Below, in pieces: positions 9,190 through 19,466 of a DNA stretch of 64,000 nucleotides. Location: positions 448,001-512,000 of the forward strand of contig CAVSZB010000007.1 of assembly GCA_963732385.1 (NCBI GenBank), written 5' to 3'. A program made the position numbers and the translations under genes. Every line of letters starts with the position of its first letter. Positions within the stretch are counted from its first letter, which is position 1. Under the pieces are notes generated by a model, which was given only the letters and a program-made list of their open reading frames with translations, was not told the origin of the DNA and made no database searches. Source of the stretch: an uncultured bacterium (GTDB lineage Bacteria; Krumholzibacteriota; Krumholzibacteriia; LZORAL124-64-63).

Positions 9190-11247
9190 TCAGCGCAGGA
9201 TCGACACCAGTTCCTGCAGGATCTGATCACCGGTGGTGATTACGCGCGCATTGGCCTGGAAGGCCCGCTGCGCCACGACCAGCCGGGTGAACTGCTCCGC
9301 CAGATCGACGTTGGATGACTCGAGGGTCCCCGGTGACAGGGTGATGCCGCTGGTGGAGTCGGCGAAGGTTGTCAACGCCTCGCCCGAGTTGCCGCTGGCG
9401 ATGAAGGTGTTCGAGGCGCCGCGGGAAAGCCCCTCGGGATTGCTGAACTGGGCGATGGCGATGCGGCCGAGATCGCGCACCGTGTCATTGGAGAATCGCC
9501 CGACGATGCACCCCCCCTTGTCGATCTCGAAGTCGATCAGGCTGCCCATCGTGAAGCCGTTGGCGAGCGACTTGAGACTGCCGGCGGACGCGAACTGCGT
9601 CATGCCGTTGAGACCGCCGATGTCGCCGAAGTCCAGGGTGACGGACACCGGCTCGGCCCCCTCTATGCCGGTGGCCTGGGGCAGGAAAGTCAGCGCGCTG
9701 CTGCCATCGTTGAAGATGAAGCTGCTGATCAGCCCGGAATCGGTGAAGCGGACCCGACCGGAGCCCCCCGACTGGATCTCCTCATCATTCTCCGTGGCGG
9801 CCACCCAGGCCCACTCGTTCAGGCCGGCCTCCTTCTGGAACGTGAAGCGCAGCGTGTGAGTGTTGCCCAGCGAATCGTAGACGGTGGTGGCCACCGAGTA
9901 ATCGCTGGCGTCGCGCGCCTGCTGCGTCTGAGTGAAATTCATCGCCGTCTCGAGCGCGCTGTTGGAGGTGCTGACCTCGAGGATGGAGAGCTCGCCGATG
10001 GCGTTGTCGATCCCCACGTCACCGACCACCTGGATGCTCCCGGACTCGTCCATCGTCACCGGCGTGCCGGTGATGTTGAACGTCGCCTGCAACGCGGTCA
10101 GCAAATCGCCGACAGTGGTGTCGGCCGCGACGGCGAGTTGACCCGGGGTGACCACGCTGTCGCCGCGCGTGCCGGAGATTTCGAGCACCGAGGAGCCGGG
10201 CGTGAGATTGAGAAGGTCGCCGTCGAGATTGTAGATATCGGTAAGCCGGTCGCTCTCCGTGGCTGCGGCGCGCAATTCACGGGTCGCGCCGGTCGTGCCG
10301 GTGGCGATCAAAGCGTCGAAGCGCATGTTCTGGTTGAAGTCGACCCGGGTGCCGCTGGAGAGTTGCAGGTTGGTGAGGGCCGCGCCGGAGGCGTTCGCGG
10401 CGGTGAGGGCTCCGGTGGCGGCGTCGATGGCGAACGTGACGTTGTGCCCTGCCGCCTGGAATTTCGTCGTGAGCCACGTGGCCATATCCGTCAGCGTGTC
10501 GCCGCCAATCAGGGGATCGGACGCGCCGACCTGGAACAGTCCGGGATTGAACAGCGCCCCGTCGAAGTATCCCGTGACCGTGATGCGGTCCCCCTGGACC
10601 AGGTTCAGGTCGGCGCCGCCCTGTCCGTGCAGGCCTTCCAGGGCGTCGGCGCCGGACGCCCGCGCCAAAAAGACCGGCGAACTCAACTCGGTGCCGAGGG
10701 CGTCGGAGTCGGCATCCAGATTGCCGAACAGCTGCACGGAGTCCGAGGCCTCGGCCGGCATGACCGCCGACGGATCGATGTAGAGATCCTCGAGCGCGCC
10801 GGGCTGGATGACCCCATCCGCGTCGGCCAAGCGGCCCTGGACCTTCAGGCCGGTGGACGGATCGACCAGGTAGTAGTCGCGGTCGAGGCCGAACGCCCCG
10901 GCGCGCGAGTAGGAGTTCGTGGCGCCGTTGCTGAGAATGAAGAATCCCCGCCCCTGGATGGCCAGGTCGGTTTTCAGCCCGGTGCTGCGCAGGTCGCCCT
11001 GCGCGAAATCCGAGCCGATGCTGCCGACCAGGGTTCCCAGCCCGATCTGCTGCGCGTTGGTGCCGCCCAGTCCGCCGGTCGATGGGCGCGACGCCGGACG
11101 CAGCGTCTGGGTCAGCATCTCCTGGAAGGTGACGCGGCTGCCCTTGAATCCGACCGTGTTGGAGTTGGCAATGTTATTGCCGATGACGTCGAGTTCCACC
11201 ATGTTGGCTTTGAGACCGGACACGCCCGCGAACATCGACCGAATCAT
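9190..11247 (-). CDS. flgE: Flagellar hook protein FlgE (685 aa, large central insertion)
   Basis: GNNIANSNTVGFK, DLAIQGRGFF, LESSNVDLAEQFT..QRAFQANAR. Confidence 0.96.
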   Translation of the reverse strand: MIRSMFAGVSGLKANMVELDVIGNNIANSNTVGFKGSRVTFQEMLTQTLRPASRPSTGGLGGTNAQQIGLGTLVGSIGSDFAQGDLRSTGLKTDLAIQGRGFFILSNGATNSYSRAGAFGLDRDYYLVDPSTGLKVQGRLADADGVIQPGALEDLYIDPSAVMPAEASDSVQLFGNLDADSDALGTELSSPVFLARASGADALEGLHGQGGADLNLVQGDRITVTGYFDGALFNPGLFQVGASDPLIGGDTLTDMATWLTTKFQAAGHNVTFAIDAATGALTAANASGAALTNLQLSSGTRVDFNQNMRFDALIATGTTGATRELRAAATESDRLTDIYNLDGDLLNLTPGSSVLEISGTRGDSVVTPGQLAVAADTTVGDLLTALQATFNITGTPVTMDESGSIQVVGDVGIDNAIGELSILEVSTSNSALETAMNFTQTQQARDASDYSVATTVYDSLGNTHTLRFTFQKEAGLNEWAWVAATENDEEIQSGGSGRVRFTDSGLISSFIFNDGSSALTFLPQATGIEGAEPVSVTLDFGDIGGLNGMTQFASAGSLKSLANGFTMGSLIDFEIDKGGCIVGRFSNDTVRDLGRIAIAQFSNPEGLSRGASNTFIASGNSGEALTTFADSTSGITLSPGTLESSNVDLAEQFTRLVVAQRAFQANARVITTGDQILQELVSILR

Positions 11248-11303
11248 GATAGCCTCCCTTGGGATACGCTCCTGCCGTCGGCGCGCCGCGCGCGCCGACG
11301 CGG

Positions 11304-11954
11304 TTATCTGCTGACCTGTGCGATTTCGGACACGTAATATTCGCTGCCTGCGACGGTCACCATCGCAATGCCGTTCTCGAACCGCAGGCTGTCCACGAGC
11401 GCGGTGACGAACTGGGTTGTAGTCACCGGATTGCCGCTGCGGTCCTGCATGCTGATCTCGTAGGTGTATTCTCCGTCCGGCGCGACGCTGCCGTCGGCGA
11501 GACGGCCGCTCCAGGTGACATCATCCCAACCCGCGGTCACTTCCTGGTTGTAGGTGGAGACCACCTGGCCGGCCGCATTTTTGACGGTGACCGTCGCGGT
11601 CCCACCTGTCGATGCCTGCACCTTCAGGGGCGAAATCTCGCCGTCCTGCACGGCGAAGCGGTTGCCCGGCACGGTAACCCGCCGCCCGACCAGATCGAGC
11701 AGCAGCGTGTTGTTGAGCGATTGCGACACCGTCATGTTCTCGCCGAGCGCGTCGTTGATCTTCTGCAACTGCTCGAGCGAAGTGAACTGCGTCAACTGGC
11801 TGATGAACTGCTGGTTGTCCATGGGACTGAACGGATCCTGGTTCTGGATCTGCGTCACGAGCAGGGACATGAACTGATTCATGCCCAGATCTTCGTTAGC
11901 GGCGGTAGTGGTGCTGTATGTGCTGCTGCCGCCCTGCACGGAAGTCACCGCCAT
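11304..11954 (-). CDS. flgD: Hook capping protein FlgD
   Basis: FMSLLVTQIQNQDPFSPMD..F.SQL.QF. Confidence 0.95.
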   Translation of the reverse strand: MAVTSVQGGSSTYSTTTAANEDLGMNQFMSLLVTQIQNQDPFSPMDNQQFISQLTQFTSLEQLQKINDALGENMTVSQSLNNTLLLDLVGRRVTVPGNRFAVQDGEISPLKVQASTGGTATVTVKNAAGQVVSTYNQEVTAGWDDVTWSGRLADGSVAPDGEYTYEISMQDRSGNPVTTTQFVTALVDSLRFENGIAMVTVAGSEYYVSEIAQVSR

Positions 11955-11987
11955 GATCCCGCCTCCTTCCCGGGCCACTCGGCCCGC

Positions 11988-13754
11988 TCAATCATCGTCG
12001 CGTGTCTGGCGACGCCGGGATGGCTGTTCGCCCGGATCCTCGCCGTCGTTGCCCTCCGGAGGCGCCTCGTCCCGACCTGACGCCGGTTCGATCTTCACCT
12101 GCACGTCCTGCCACTTGCCGCCTGCGCCGGCCAGCGCATGCTGGAGTTCCCCCGCGCCGCTGCGCAACGCCCGCTCCGCCTCGGGGGTCTGCGCCGTGAG
12201 GGTGACGAGCAGTCGGCTTCCCTGGGGCTCGAACGACACCTCGACACGACCCAGCTGGGGCGGGTCGAGGCGCAGGGTGAGACGGCCGCCGGGCGCCGTG
12301 GCATCGCCGGAATGTTTCAGCAGCTGGATGGTGACCTGCCGGCTGACCGTGGCGGGCAGAGCTCCGGCGGCGCCGGGCTGTCCCCCTGCCCCGGCGGCAT
12401 CCGGAACCGCGGCGCCGGTGCTCATGCTTCCGGGGAGCGGGGATGCGGAGTCCTGGCCCATCGGGGCGAGGCTGGCCGCCAACCCGAGATTCGCCGCCTG
12501 CCAGGCCTCCGCAAGGCCTTGTCGGGGCATCGCGGTCGCCGGCGGTGGGACCATGGGCCCGGGCGAGTAAGTGTCGCTGCCGGGGCTTACTACTGCCGCC
12601 GTCACCTGAGCGGGAGGCGGAGCGGCCTGGGTGGCCGGCTGTACCGGGGCGGCCGCGGCCGGTGTCGGCGGGGCGGACGGCGCCACTGTCGCCGCGCCGC
12701 CTGAGGCTTGATTCCGTACCGTGGATGGCGCCGCCAACGCCGGCGGTACGGCGGCGGTCATACCGCCGGAGGTCGCGGCGGCAGAGGGGGCCGCCAGGGC
12801 CGGGCCGAGAAGATTCGGTTGCGGCGTTGCGGCCCCGGTTGCACAGGGGCCATTGCCGGCGTTGCCGACCGTCTCCGTCTCTGGAGCGGAAGGTACTTCC
12901 GACAACAGGACCGGCGGCCGTGCAGGGAGCACCGCTATCGAAATCTGGAAGGCGGACGCCGCCACTGTAGCCGCGCCGTCTGAGGCTTGATTCCGAAACG
13001 TGGACGGCATCGCCATCGCCGGCGGCCCGGCGGCGATCATCCCGCCGGCGGTCGCGGCGGCTGTGGTGGCCGCCAGGGCCGGATCGTCCCCGCCTGCCGG
13101 ACCGAGTAGATCCGGTTGCGGCGTTGCGGCCCCGGCTGCACAGGTGCCACTGCTGGCGCTACCGACCGTCTCCGGAGCGGAAGGTACGTCCGACAACAGG
13201 ACGGGCGGCTGAGCAGGGAGCACCGATGTCGCCGCGCTGCCGGAGGCCTGGTCCTGTCCCGTGAGCGGCGGCATTGGCAACGTCGGCCCGGCGGCGGTCG
13301 CGGCGGCTGTGGTGTCCGCCAGGGCCGGATCGTCCCCGTCTGCCGGACCGAGAAGATCCGGTCGCGGCGTTGCGGCCCCGGCTGCACAGGTCCCACTGCT
13401 GGCGCTGCCGACCGTCCCCGTCTCCGGAGCGGAAGGTACTTCCGACAACAGGGCCGGCAACTGTGCAGGGAGCACCGCTGTCGCCTCGCCGCCGCGGGCC
13501 TGGTCCTGTCCCGTCAGTGGCGGAATTGGCAACGTCGGCCCGGCGGCGATCGCCCGCCCGGCTGTCGCGGCGACCGGATTTCCCCCACTACACTGGCCGA
13601 GGAGATTCGGCGGCGGAGACTGGGCTAGCGCGACCGCCAGCAGGCCGGGAAAGGCCGCCGGGATATCGTCTGGACGCGTCGTGCGCACAGCCGCCGCCGG
13701 CCAGGCTGGACCGGTCCGGACGGCCGGGGAGCTTTCCTGCGCGGGCATCGCCAT
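11988..13754 (-). CDS. fliK: Hook-length control protein FliK with tandem repeats
   Basis: C-terminal T3S4 domain LRLDPPQLGRVEV; Ala/Pro-rich N-region; immediately upstream of flgD. Confidence 0.88.
   Translation of the reverse strand: MAMPAQESSPAVRTGPAWPAAAVRTTRPDDIPAAFPGLLAVALAQSPPPNLLGQCSGGNPVAATAGRAIAAGPTLPIPPLTGQDQARGGEATAVLPAQLPALLSEVPSAPETGTVGSASSGTCAAGAATPRPDLLGPADGDDPALADTTAAATAAGPTLPMPPLTGQDQASGSAATSVLPAQPPVLLSDVPSAPETVGSASSGTCAAGAATPQPDLLGPAGGDDPALAATTAAATAGGMIAAGPPAMAMPSTFRNQASDGAATVAASAFQISIAVLPARPPVLLSEVPSAPETETVGNAGNGPCATGAATPQPNLLGPALAAPSAAATSGGMTAAVPPALAAPSTVRNQASGGAATVAPSAPPTPAAAAPVQPATQAAPPPAQVTAAVVSPGSDTYSPGPMVPPPATAMPRQGLAEAWQAANLGLAASLAPMGQDSASPLPGSMSTGAAVPDAAGAGGQPGAAGALPATVSRQVTIQLLKHSGDATAPGGRLTLRLDPPQLGRVEVSFEPQGSRLLVTLTAQTPEAERALRSGAGELQHALAGAGGKWQDVQVKIEPASGRDEAPPEGNDGEDPGEQPSRRRQTRDDD
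12680..13548 (-). repeat. About 3.3 degenerate tandem copies of a ~252-280 bp unit inside fliK
   Basis: ggcaacgtcggcccggcggc at 13276 and 13528 (252 bp apart); peptide VLPA.P.LLS.VPSAPET...GAATP.P.LLGP occurs three times. Confidence 0.92.
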
Positions 13755-14281
13755 CAGCCGATTCCCTTTCCGCTCAGCCGGGCGCTGATCTGCGCCGCCA
13801 GCCCGGCGTCCATGTTCGCGAGGATGCGGGCCGCGGGGCGTTCCTTCATCCGCCGGATGATGTCGAGCACGATATCCATCTCCAGCGTGGCCAGGATCGG
13901 CGCGGCCTTATCCGGTTTCATCGCCTCATACAGCTTGGCCAGCTTGTCGGCGGCGCGGGCGTGCGTGTCATCCAGCCCGATCGTCGTCACACGCAGCGAA
14001 TCGAGCATGCCCTGCAGCAGCGCCTGGTGATCGGCGAGCATCTTCTCCTCGACCGCCTGACGCGTACGCAGGGTCAGCAGATCCTCCTTGTCGCGCTGCA
14101 CGCGGTCCCGCTCGACCTCAAGGTCGGCGAACGCGCGCTCGGCGGAGGCCAGATCCTCCGGCGTGAGGCCGGCGACGGCAGGCGCGGCGGTGCGCGCCTG
14201 CGGAATCACGCCACTGAGCACGACGATCCCGCCGAAGATCAGGGCGAAAGTGATGACCGAGATGATGACGATGCTCTTCAT
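13754..14281 (-). CDS. MotE/FlbB-like flagellar protein (TM, coiled coil, MgtE_N-like C-terminus)
   Basis: KLAKLYEAMKPDKAAPIL...MKERPAARILANMD; between fliJ and fliK. Confidence 0.75.
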   Translation of the reverse strand: MKSIVIISVITFALIFGGIVVLSGVIPQARTAAPAVAGLTPEDLASAERAFADLEVERDRVQRDKEDLLTLRTRQAVEEKMLADHQALLQGMLDSLRVTTIGLDDTHARAADKLAKLYEAMKPDKAAPILATLEMDIVLDIIRRMKERPAARILANMDAGLAAQISARLSGKGIG

Positions 14282-14308
14282 CTGTTCCTCCTGCCGGGAA
14301 TCCGCTTA

Positions 14309-14324
14309 GGCAACCCCGGTGCCA
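14309..14324 (-). promoter_or_regulatory. Sigma54 promoter upstream of the motE-like/fliK/flgD/flgE unit
   Basis: TGGCACCGGGGTTGCC, 27 nt before the start codon. Confidence 0.8.
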
Positions 14325-14447
14325 GTATCCGAGCCCGTTGTCACCACTCCGCTGCCCGGCTTCGTGCAGACGGGGCGTCCCCTTCATGGATCGTGCCGCT
14401 CGAGGCGGCAGATCGCGCCCCCGCGATGGCGGCAAGAGTTGCCCGCC

Positions 14448-14900
14448 TCAGATCGGACAGTCGCGGTCGTGTCCCGCATGGCGCCGACCGCCGATATCGT
14501 CGAGTTCGCGCCGTTCCCGCCGCCGTTCCTCGTCATCCCAGACCTGGCGCTGGCGCGCCTCGAGACGCACCAGGACCTCCTTCTCCCGGTGGGCCAGCAG
14601 CAGGCGCTGGCGCTGCGCGCCCAGCGCTGCTGCGGCTTCCCGCTCGCGCACCTGCAAACCCCTCAGGCGATCCGTCTGGACCGTCAGCCAGGTGGCAAGC
14701 AGTCGCCACTGCGCTACGTCGCCGCCTTCGCACCGCGGGCGTTCTCCCTCTCGCGCCAATCGGGTCAGTTCCGTCTCCAGCCGGACCCGGTCCCGACGCG
14801 CCTGCCGCAGCGCTTCGGCCGCCGCGCGCATTTTCCGCGCTTCCTCGTCCACGCGTCGTTCGCGCCAGCGCAGCACCTTGGCCAGCCGGAAACGGAACAT
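14448..14900 (-). CDS. fliJ: Flagellar export protein FliJ
   Basis: MFRFRLAKVLRWRE...E..ELDD coiled coil; follows fliI. Confidence 0.88.
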   Translation of the reverse strand: MFRFRLAKVLRWRERRVDEEARKMRAAAEALRQARRDRVRLETELTRLAREGERPRCEGGDVAQWRLLATWLTVQTDRLRGLQVREREAAAALGAQRQRLLLAHREKEVLVRLEARQRQVWDDEERRRERRELDDIGGRRHAGHDRDCPI

Positions 14901-16219
14901 CACGCGGCCGCCAGGGCGCGGAGCCGCGCGCAGGTATCGTCCAGAGGCGCGGGATCGGCCACTGCCTGGCACAGAAACGTCCGCACGTCACCCTGGCGCG
15001 CCAACGCGGTATCGACGAGCGGATCGGAACCCGGCACATAAGCGCCGATGTTGATCAGGTCGCGGTTCTCTTCGATCGCCTTCAGCCAGCGCAGCACCTG
15101 TCCGCCGGAGGCCAGCAGGTCCGGCGCCACGATTTCCTGGCGCAGGCGACTGATGCTGCCCAGCACGTCGATCGCCGGGTAATGCCCCTCGCGGGCCAGA
15201 TCGCGGCTCAGCATGACGTGCCCGTCCAGGATGGAGCGCATGGCGTCGCCCACCGGGTCGTGGATGTCGTCCCCCTCGATCAAAACCGTGAAGAAGGCGG
15301 TGATGGCGTTGATCGCGGACCAGCCGGCCCGTTCACAGAGGCGCGGCAACGCCGCGAAGACGGACGGGGTGTAGCCCTTCGTCGTGGGCGGCTCGCCGGC
15401 GGCGAGGCCGATCTCGCGCAGCGCCATGGCGAAGCGGGTGGCCGAATCCATGAGGAAGAGCACGTTGTGGTCCGCCTCGCGGAAACTCTCGGCGATCGCC
15501 ATGGCGGTTTCGGCCCCCTTCGCGCGCAGGACAGCGCTTTCGTCGGAGGTCACGACGACGACCACGCTGCGGGCCAGCCCCTCCGGGCCGAGATCGCGCT
15601 CGATGAACTCCCGCACTTCGCGTCCGCGCTCGCCGATCAGCGCCAGGACGTTCACGTCCACACGGGCGTTGCGCGCGAGCATGCCGAGCAGCACGCTCTT
15701 GCCGACCCCGCTGCCGGCGAAGATGCCCATCCGCTGTCCGCACGCCACCGTGATCAGCGCATCCACCGAGCGGATGCCGGTGGTCAGTACATCCTCGCAG
15801 CGTCGCCGCGAGAGCGCCGGAGGCGGGGCTCCGCCGACGCGCCGACGCGGCAGCCCGGCCAGTGGCGGTCCGCCGTCGATTGGCTCACCGAGTCCGTTCA
15901 AGACGCGGCCGAGCAGTTCCGGTCCGGTCGGAACGGTCAGGTCACGCGCCACCAACTGGGCCCGCTGGCCCGGCGCGAGGCCCGCCGGCGACCCGTACGG
16001 CATGAGCAGCAGAGTATCGGAGCGGAACCCGACGACTTCGCATAGCACCGGCGGCGAGTTCCGGCCAGCCTCGATGCGGCAGAGCGAGCCGACCGGCGCG
16101 GCCAGGCCACCCACCTCGACGATCAGCCCGACCAGCTTTTCCACGCGTCCCACGGCGCGGATCGGGTTGGCGAGACGAACCGCGGCGGCGGCGTCAGGCC
16201 AGGGCAGGACCAGAGACAT
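14900..16219 (-). CDS. fliI: Flagellar export ATPase FliI
   Basis: GIFAGSGVGKS Walker A, GERGREVREF, DSATRFAMA, GEPP. Confidence 0.97.
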   Translation of the reverse strand: MSLVLPWPDAAAAVRLANPIRAVGRVEKLVGLIVEVGGLAAPVGSLCRIEAGRNSPPVLCEVVGFRSDTLLLMPYGSPAGLAPGQRAQLVARDLTVPTGPELLGRVLNGLGEPIDGGPPLAGLPRRRVGGAPPPALSRRRCEDVLTTGIRSVDALITVACGQRMGIFAGSGVGKSVLLGMLARNARVDVNVLALIGERGREVREFIERDLGPEGLARSVVVVVTSDESAVLRAKGAETAMAIAESFREADHNVLFLMDSATRFAMALREIGLAAGEPPTTKGYTPSVFAALPRLCERAGWSAINAITAFFTVLIEGDDIHDPVGDAMRSILDGHVMLSRDLAREGHYPAIDVLGSISRLRQEIVAPDLLASGGQVLRWLKAIEENRDLINIGAYVPGSDPLVDTALARQGDVRTFLCQAVADPAPLDDTCARLRALAAA

Positions 16220-16901
16220 CTCCGCTCCCTCCCCCCGGCGACGACGCGCCGGCCAGCGCCGCTTCGACCGCCTCCGCCAGAGCCGCGAGCTGCCCGTTCA
16301 CCGTGGCGTCCCACTCGCGGCGATCGGCGATGGCCAGCGCGCCGCCGCGCGTCATGCGGCGATCGGGCTGCACCGCCTCGATCCGCAGCCGGGCGCGCAG
16401 TTCGGGCTGGTCGTCGAGCCAGACGGCGTCGTCCGGGTGCACGGTCACCGTCAAAGGAGCACTCGCCGGCAGACGCAACAGCAGGTCCTCCAGCGCGCGC
16501 GCCACGATCGCCGGGTCGGCCGCCACTTCGCGCCGCACGATCCGCTCAGCCACGATCAGGGCAAGGTCGGCCGCGCTGCGCGCCACGCCTTCGAGCACGG
16601 CCTGCGTTTCGGCCTCGAGCGCGGCGGCCAGACCGTGGGCGAACTCCATTGTCTGCTCCTGTTGCCGTCGGCTGCGCTCGTCCTCGCGCGCGAGCACGGA
16701 GGCCTCCACCTCCTGCGTGATTCGCGCCCGCACCGTCGCCTGCTCCGCAGGCGCGAGCGCTGCCAGCGGATCCGCGTCCGCGGCGGAGCCGTACTCGGCC
16801 CGGAAGCCGCAGGCGAGGCCGCCGATGGGGGCCGGACCGAAGGGAGAGAATCCGTCGCGCGACATCGGCGCGTCGAACGTCTCAGGCGACCATTTCCGCA
16901 C
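16194..16901 (-). CDS. fliH: Flagellar assembly protein FliH (start uncertain)
   Basis: LAL.VAERIV..E, VHPDD, GGA..., WDATV; between fliG and fliI. Confidence 0.85.
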   Translation of the reverse strand: MRKWSPETFDAPMSRDGFSPFGPAPIGGLACGFRAEYGSAADADPLAALAPAEQATVRARITQEVEASVLAREDERSRRQQEQTMEFAHGLAAALEAETQAVLEGVARSAADLALIVAERIVRREVAADPAIVARALEDLLLRLPASAPLTVTVHPDDAVWLDDQPELRARLRIEAVQPDRRMTRGGALAIADRREWDATVNGQLAALAEAVEAALAGASSPGGGSGDVSGPALA

Positions 16902-17880
16902 CCTTGCCCCCCTTGCCGAGCACGATGGTGCCCGCTTCCTCGAGGCTGCGCACAACCTCCACGATCCGGGCCTGGGCATCCTGCACATCCTGTACGCGCA
17001 CCGGCCCCATGAACTCCATGTCCTCCTTGATGCCGATCACCGCGCGCTTGGACATGTTCTTGAAGATCCGGTTGCGGATCTCCGGAGTGGCACCCTTGAG
17101 CGACAGGGTGAGCTCCTTGCTGTCAATCTCCTTGAGGATCTCCTGGATGCCGCGGTCGTCGAGGTTGATCAGGTCCTCGAAGACGAACATGAGGCTTTTG
17201 ACTTCGGTGGCCGCCGCGTCATCGATCTCGCGCATTTCGTCGAGGATCTCCTGCCAGGTCTCCTTGTCGATTTCGTTCAGGATCTCCGCCACCTGTTTCT
17301 TGCCGCCGAACTGCCGCTGGGTCTGCGAGAACTCCCCCTGGACCTGCTTGGCGATGACACTTTCAACGAGCTCGAGCGCTTCGCGGTTCGGACGGCCCAA
17401 AGTGGCGATACGGTACGCGATGTCGCCCTGCATGGCGGCCGGCAGCAAGGCCAGGATCGGCCCGCTGTAGCGCGGATCCATGTGAGCCAGCACCAGCGCC
17501 GCTGTCTGGACGTGCTCGTTCTTGAGGTAGTTGGCGACGGTCAGCGGGTCGATGCGCTTGAGATTCTCGAAGCTGCGGATATCGCTGTAGCCGGTAGCGC
17601 GGCTGAGCATCGTGCTCGCCTTGTGGGTGCCCAGCGCCTCCTCAAGCATGCTTTTCGCATAGTCTTCACCGCCGAATTCGGTGCCTTTCACGCGCCGGCT
17701 GAGGGCGATGAATTCCGTGACCGCGAGGGTCTTCTCGTCGGCCGGGACCCGGCCGACCATCGCGATCGTGGCCGTGATCTTCTCGATGGCGTCTTCCGGC
17801 ATGCGCTTGATGATGGGACCGGCCACCTTGGGGCCGAGCGACATCAGCAGGATCGCCGCCTTGCGCATCCGCTCGTTCAA
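16882..17880 (-). CDS. fliG: Motor switch protein FliG
   Basis: KAAILLMSLG, EHVQTAALVL, MFVFEDL, NMSKRA motifs. Confidence 0.97.
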   Translation of the reverse strand: MNERMRKAAILLMSLGPKVAGPIIKRMPEDAIEKITATIAMVGRVPADEKTLAVTEFIALSRRVKGTEFGGEDYAKSMLEEALGTHKASTMLSRATGYSDIRSFENLKRIDPLTVANYLKNEHVQTAALVLAHMDPRYSGPILALLPAAMQGDIAYRIATLGRPNREALELVESVIAKQVQGEFSQTQRQFGGKKQVAEILNEIDKETWQEILDEMREIDDAAATEVKSLMFVFEDLINLDDRGIQEILKEIDSKELTLSLKGATPEIRNRIFKNMSKRAVIGIKEDMEFMGPVRVQDVQDAQARIVEVVRSLEEAGTIVLGKGGKGAEMVA

Positions 17881-17905
17881 CGCGTCACCACCTTGTACTT
17901 GTCAT

Positions 17906-19432
17906 TCACTCCGGATTGTCCGTCACCCAGGCGTGGATCAGTTCCGCCATCGCTTCGGGATTCTCCGTTGCGTAGTCCTTGACCTCGGTAATCATGCGGG
18001 CGGAATTGTCGGGCGATGCGCCGTCCCGAATGGAGGGCATCGTAGGATCCACGCCGCCCGCAGTTCCGGCTCCGGCGCCGGCGGCGGCTGCGGAACGGCG
18101 CATCGGAACGCCCTCGGACACCAGGCGTCCGAGGTTACGCCGCACCACCAGCACCAGGATGATCGCCACGACCACCATCAACACCTTGCCCACGAGTTGG
18201 GGCGCCAATTCGAGCCATGGCTGCCCCAGCAGGCCGGGCTCCGGCGCGGGCGCTTCCCGCTCGCGGAACTGCATATTGACGACCTCGATCCGGTCGCCGC
18301 GCGAGGTGTCGATGCCGATCGCGGTCCGCACCACACGCTGGATTTGGTTCAACTCCTCATCGCTGAGCGGCGTGTAGACCGGATCGCCGCCGCCGGTCGG
18401 CGCCGTATAGCGCCCGTCCACGAATACACTGACGGAGAGGGTCTTGACGTTGCCGACCTCGCCGACGATCGTCTCGACGGTCTTGTTGATCTCGTAGTTC
18501 GTGACCGAACTCTCGGAGGTGCCTCCCCCCTGGCTCTCCGCGGACTCGTCGCGTTCCTCGCTGCGCACCACCGTCACCGCCGGATCGTAGACTTCGCGGT
18601 TTTTCTGGAGCCGCTCGAAATTGAGCGTGGCATCGACTCTGACGATCGCCTTCTCGCCGCCGAGCACCTCGGTCAGCATGGTTTCGGCCTTCTGCGTCAG
18701 GTAGCCCTCGATCTCCTTCTTCATCGCCAGCTGGCCCTCGGAATTTCCCACCACACTGTCGATGCCGTGGTTCCGCGAGAGCACGGTGCCGCGCTGGTCG
18801 ATCACTGTCACGTTGTCGGTGGTCAGTCCCTCCACACTGCCGGAGATCAGCGCCTGGATACCGTTGATCTGGTCTTCACCGAGCCGGGCGTTGCGTGCCA
18901 GACCCACCACGACCGAGGCGGTGGCTGACGTGGCCAGCTTCTTGAAGATCGACGGCTTCGGGATGACCAGATGCACGCGCGCGGTGTTGATGCCGGACAG
19001 CGAGAGGATGGACTTGGTCAGCTCGCCCTCGAGTGCGCGTTTGAAATTGACGTCCTGCAGGAATTCGGTCAGACCATACTGCTTGCCGTCGAAGATCTCG
19101 AATCCGACCGTTCCCGAAGAGGGAATGCCCTTGGCGGCGAGATCCACCCGCAGGCGATGCACATCCCGCTGCGGCACCATGATCGTGGAGCCACCATTGG
19201 TCAGGTCGGCTTCGATGTTCTGCTTCGCCAGTTCATCGAGCGCCAGCGATGCGTCCTCCGGCGACATGTTCGTGAACAGGACCGTCTTGTCCTCGTGGCG
19301 CAGCCAGACGCCGAAGATCGCGATGCTCACCACCGCCGCCACGACGATCGCGCCCAGCAGCACCTTCTGATTGAAGCTGAAACGGCTCATTTTGCCGCCG
19401 AGCCGATCAAGCACCTGTTTCGTTCCGTCCAC
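17906..19432 (-). CDS. fliF: MS-ring protein FliF
   Basis: GFEIFD..G.TEF..RALEGEL, ARVHLVIP, NYEINK, RGDRIEV; two TMs. Confidence 0.97.
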   Translation of the reverse strand: MDGTKQVLDRLGGKMSRFSFNQKVLLGAIVVAAVVSIAIFGVWLRHEDKTVLFTNMSPEDASLALDELAKQNIEADLTNGGSTIMVPQRDVHRLRVDLAAKGIPSSGTVGFEIFDGKQYGLTEFLQDVNFKRALEGELTKSILSLSGINTARVHLVIPKPSIFKKLATSATASVVVGLARNARLGEDQINGIQALISGSVEGLTTDNVTVIDQRGTVLSRNHGIDSVVGNSEGQLAMKKEIEGYLTQKAETMLTEVLGGEKAIVRVDATLNFERLQKNREVYDPAVTVVRSEERDESAESQGGGTSESSVTNYEINKTVETIVGEVGNVKTLSVSVFVDGRYTAPTGGGDPVYTPLSDEELNQIQRVVRTAIGIDTSRGDRIEVVNMQFREREAPAPEPGLLGQPWLELAPQLVGKVLMVVVAIILVLVVRRNLGRLVSEGVPMRRSAAAAGAGAGTAGGVDPTMPSIRDGASPDNSARMITEVKDYATENPEAMAELIHAWVTDNPE

Positions 19433-19466
19433 GGGCTCACCTCAGGCGCGGTCCACCCCGGAGGGG

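Noticed and set aside
12680..13548. Repeats as a CRISPR array or mobile element
   Set aside because: Long, in-frame, degenerate coding repeats with no spacers and no cas genes
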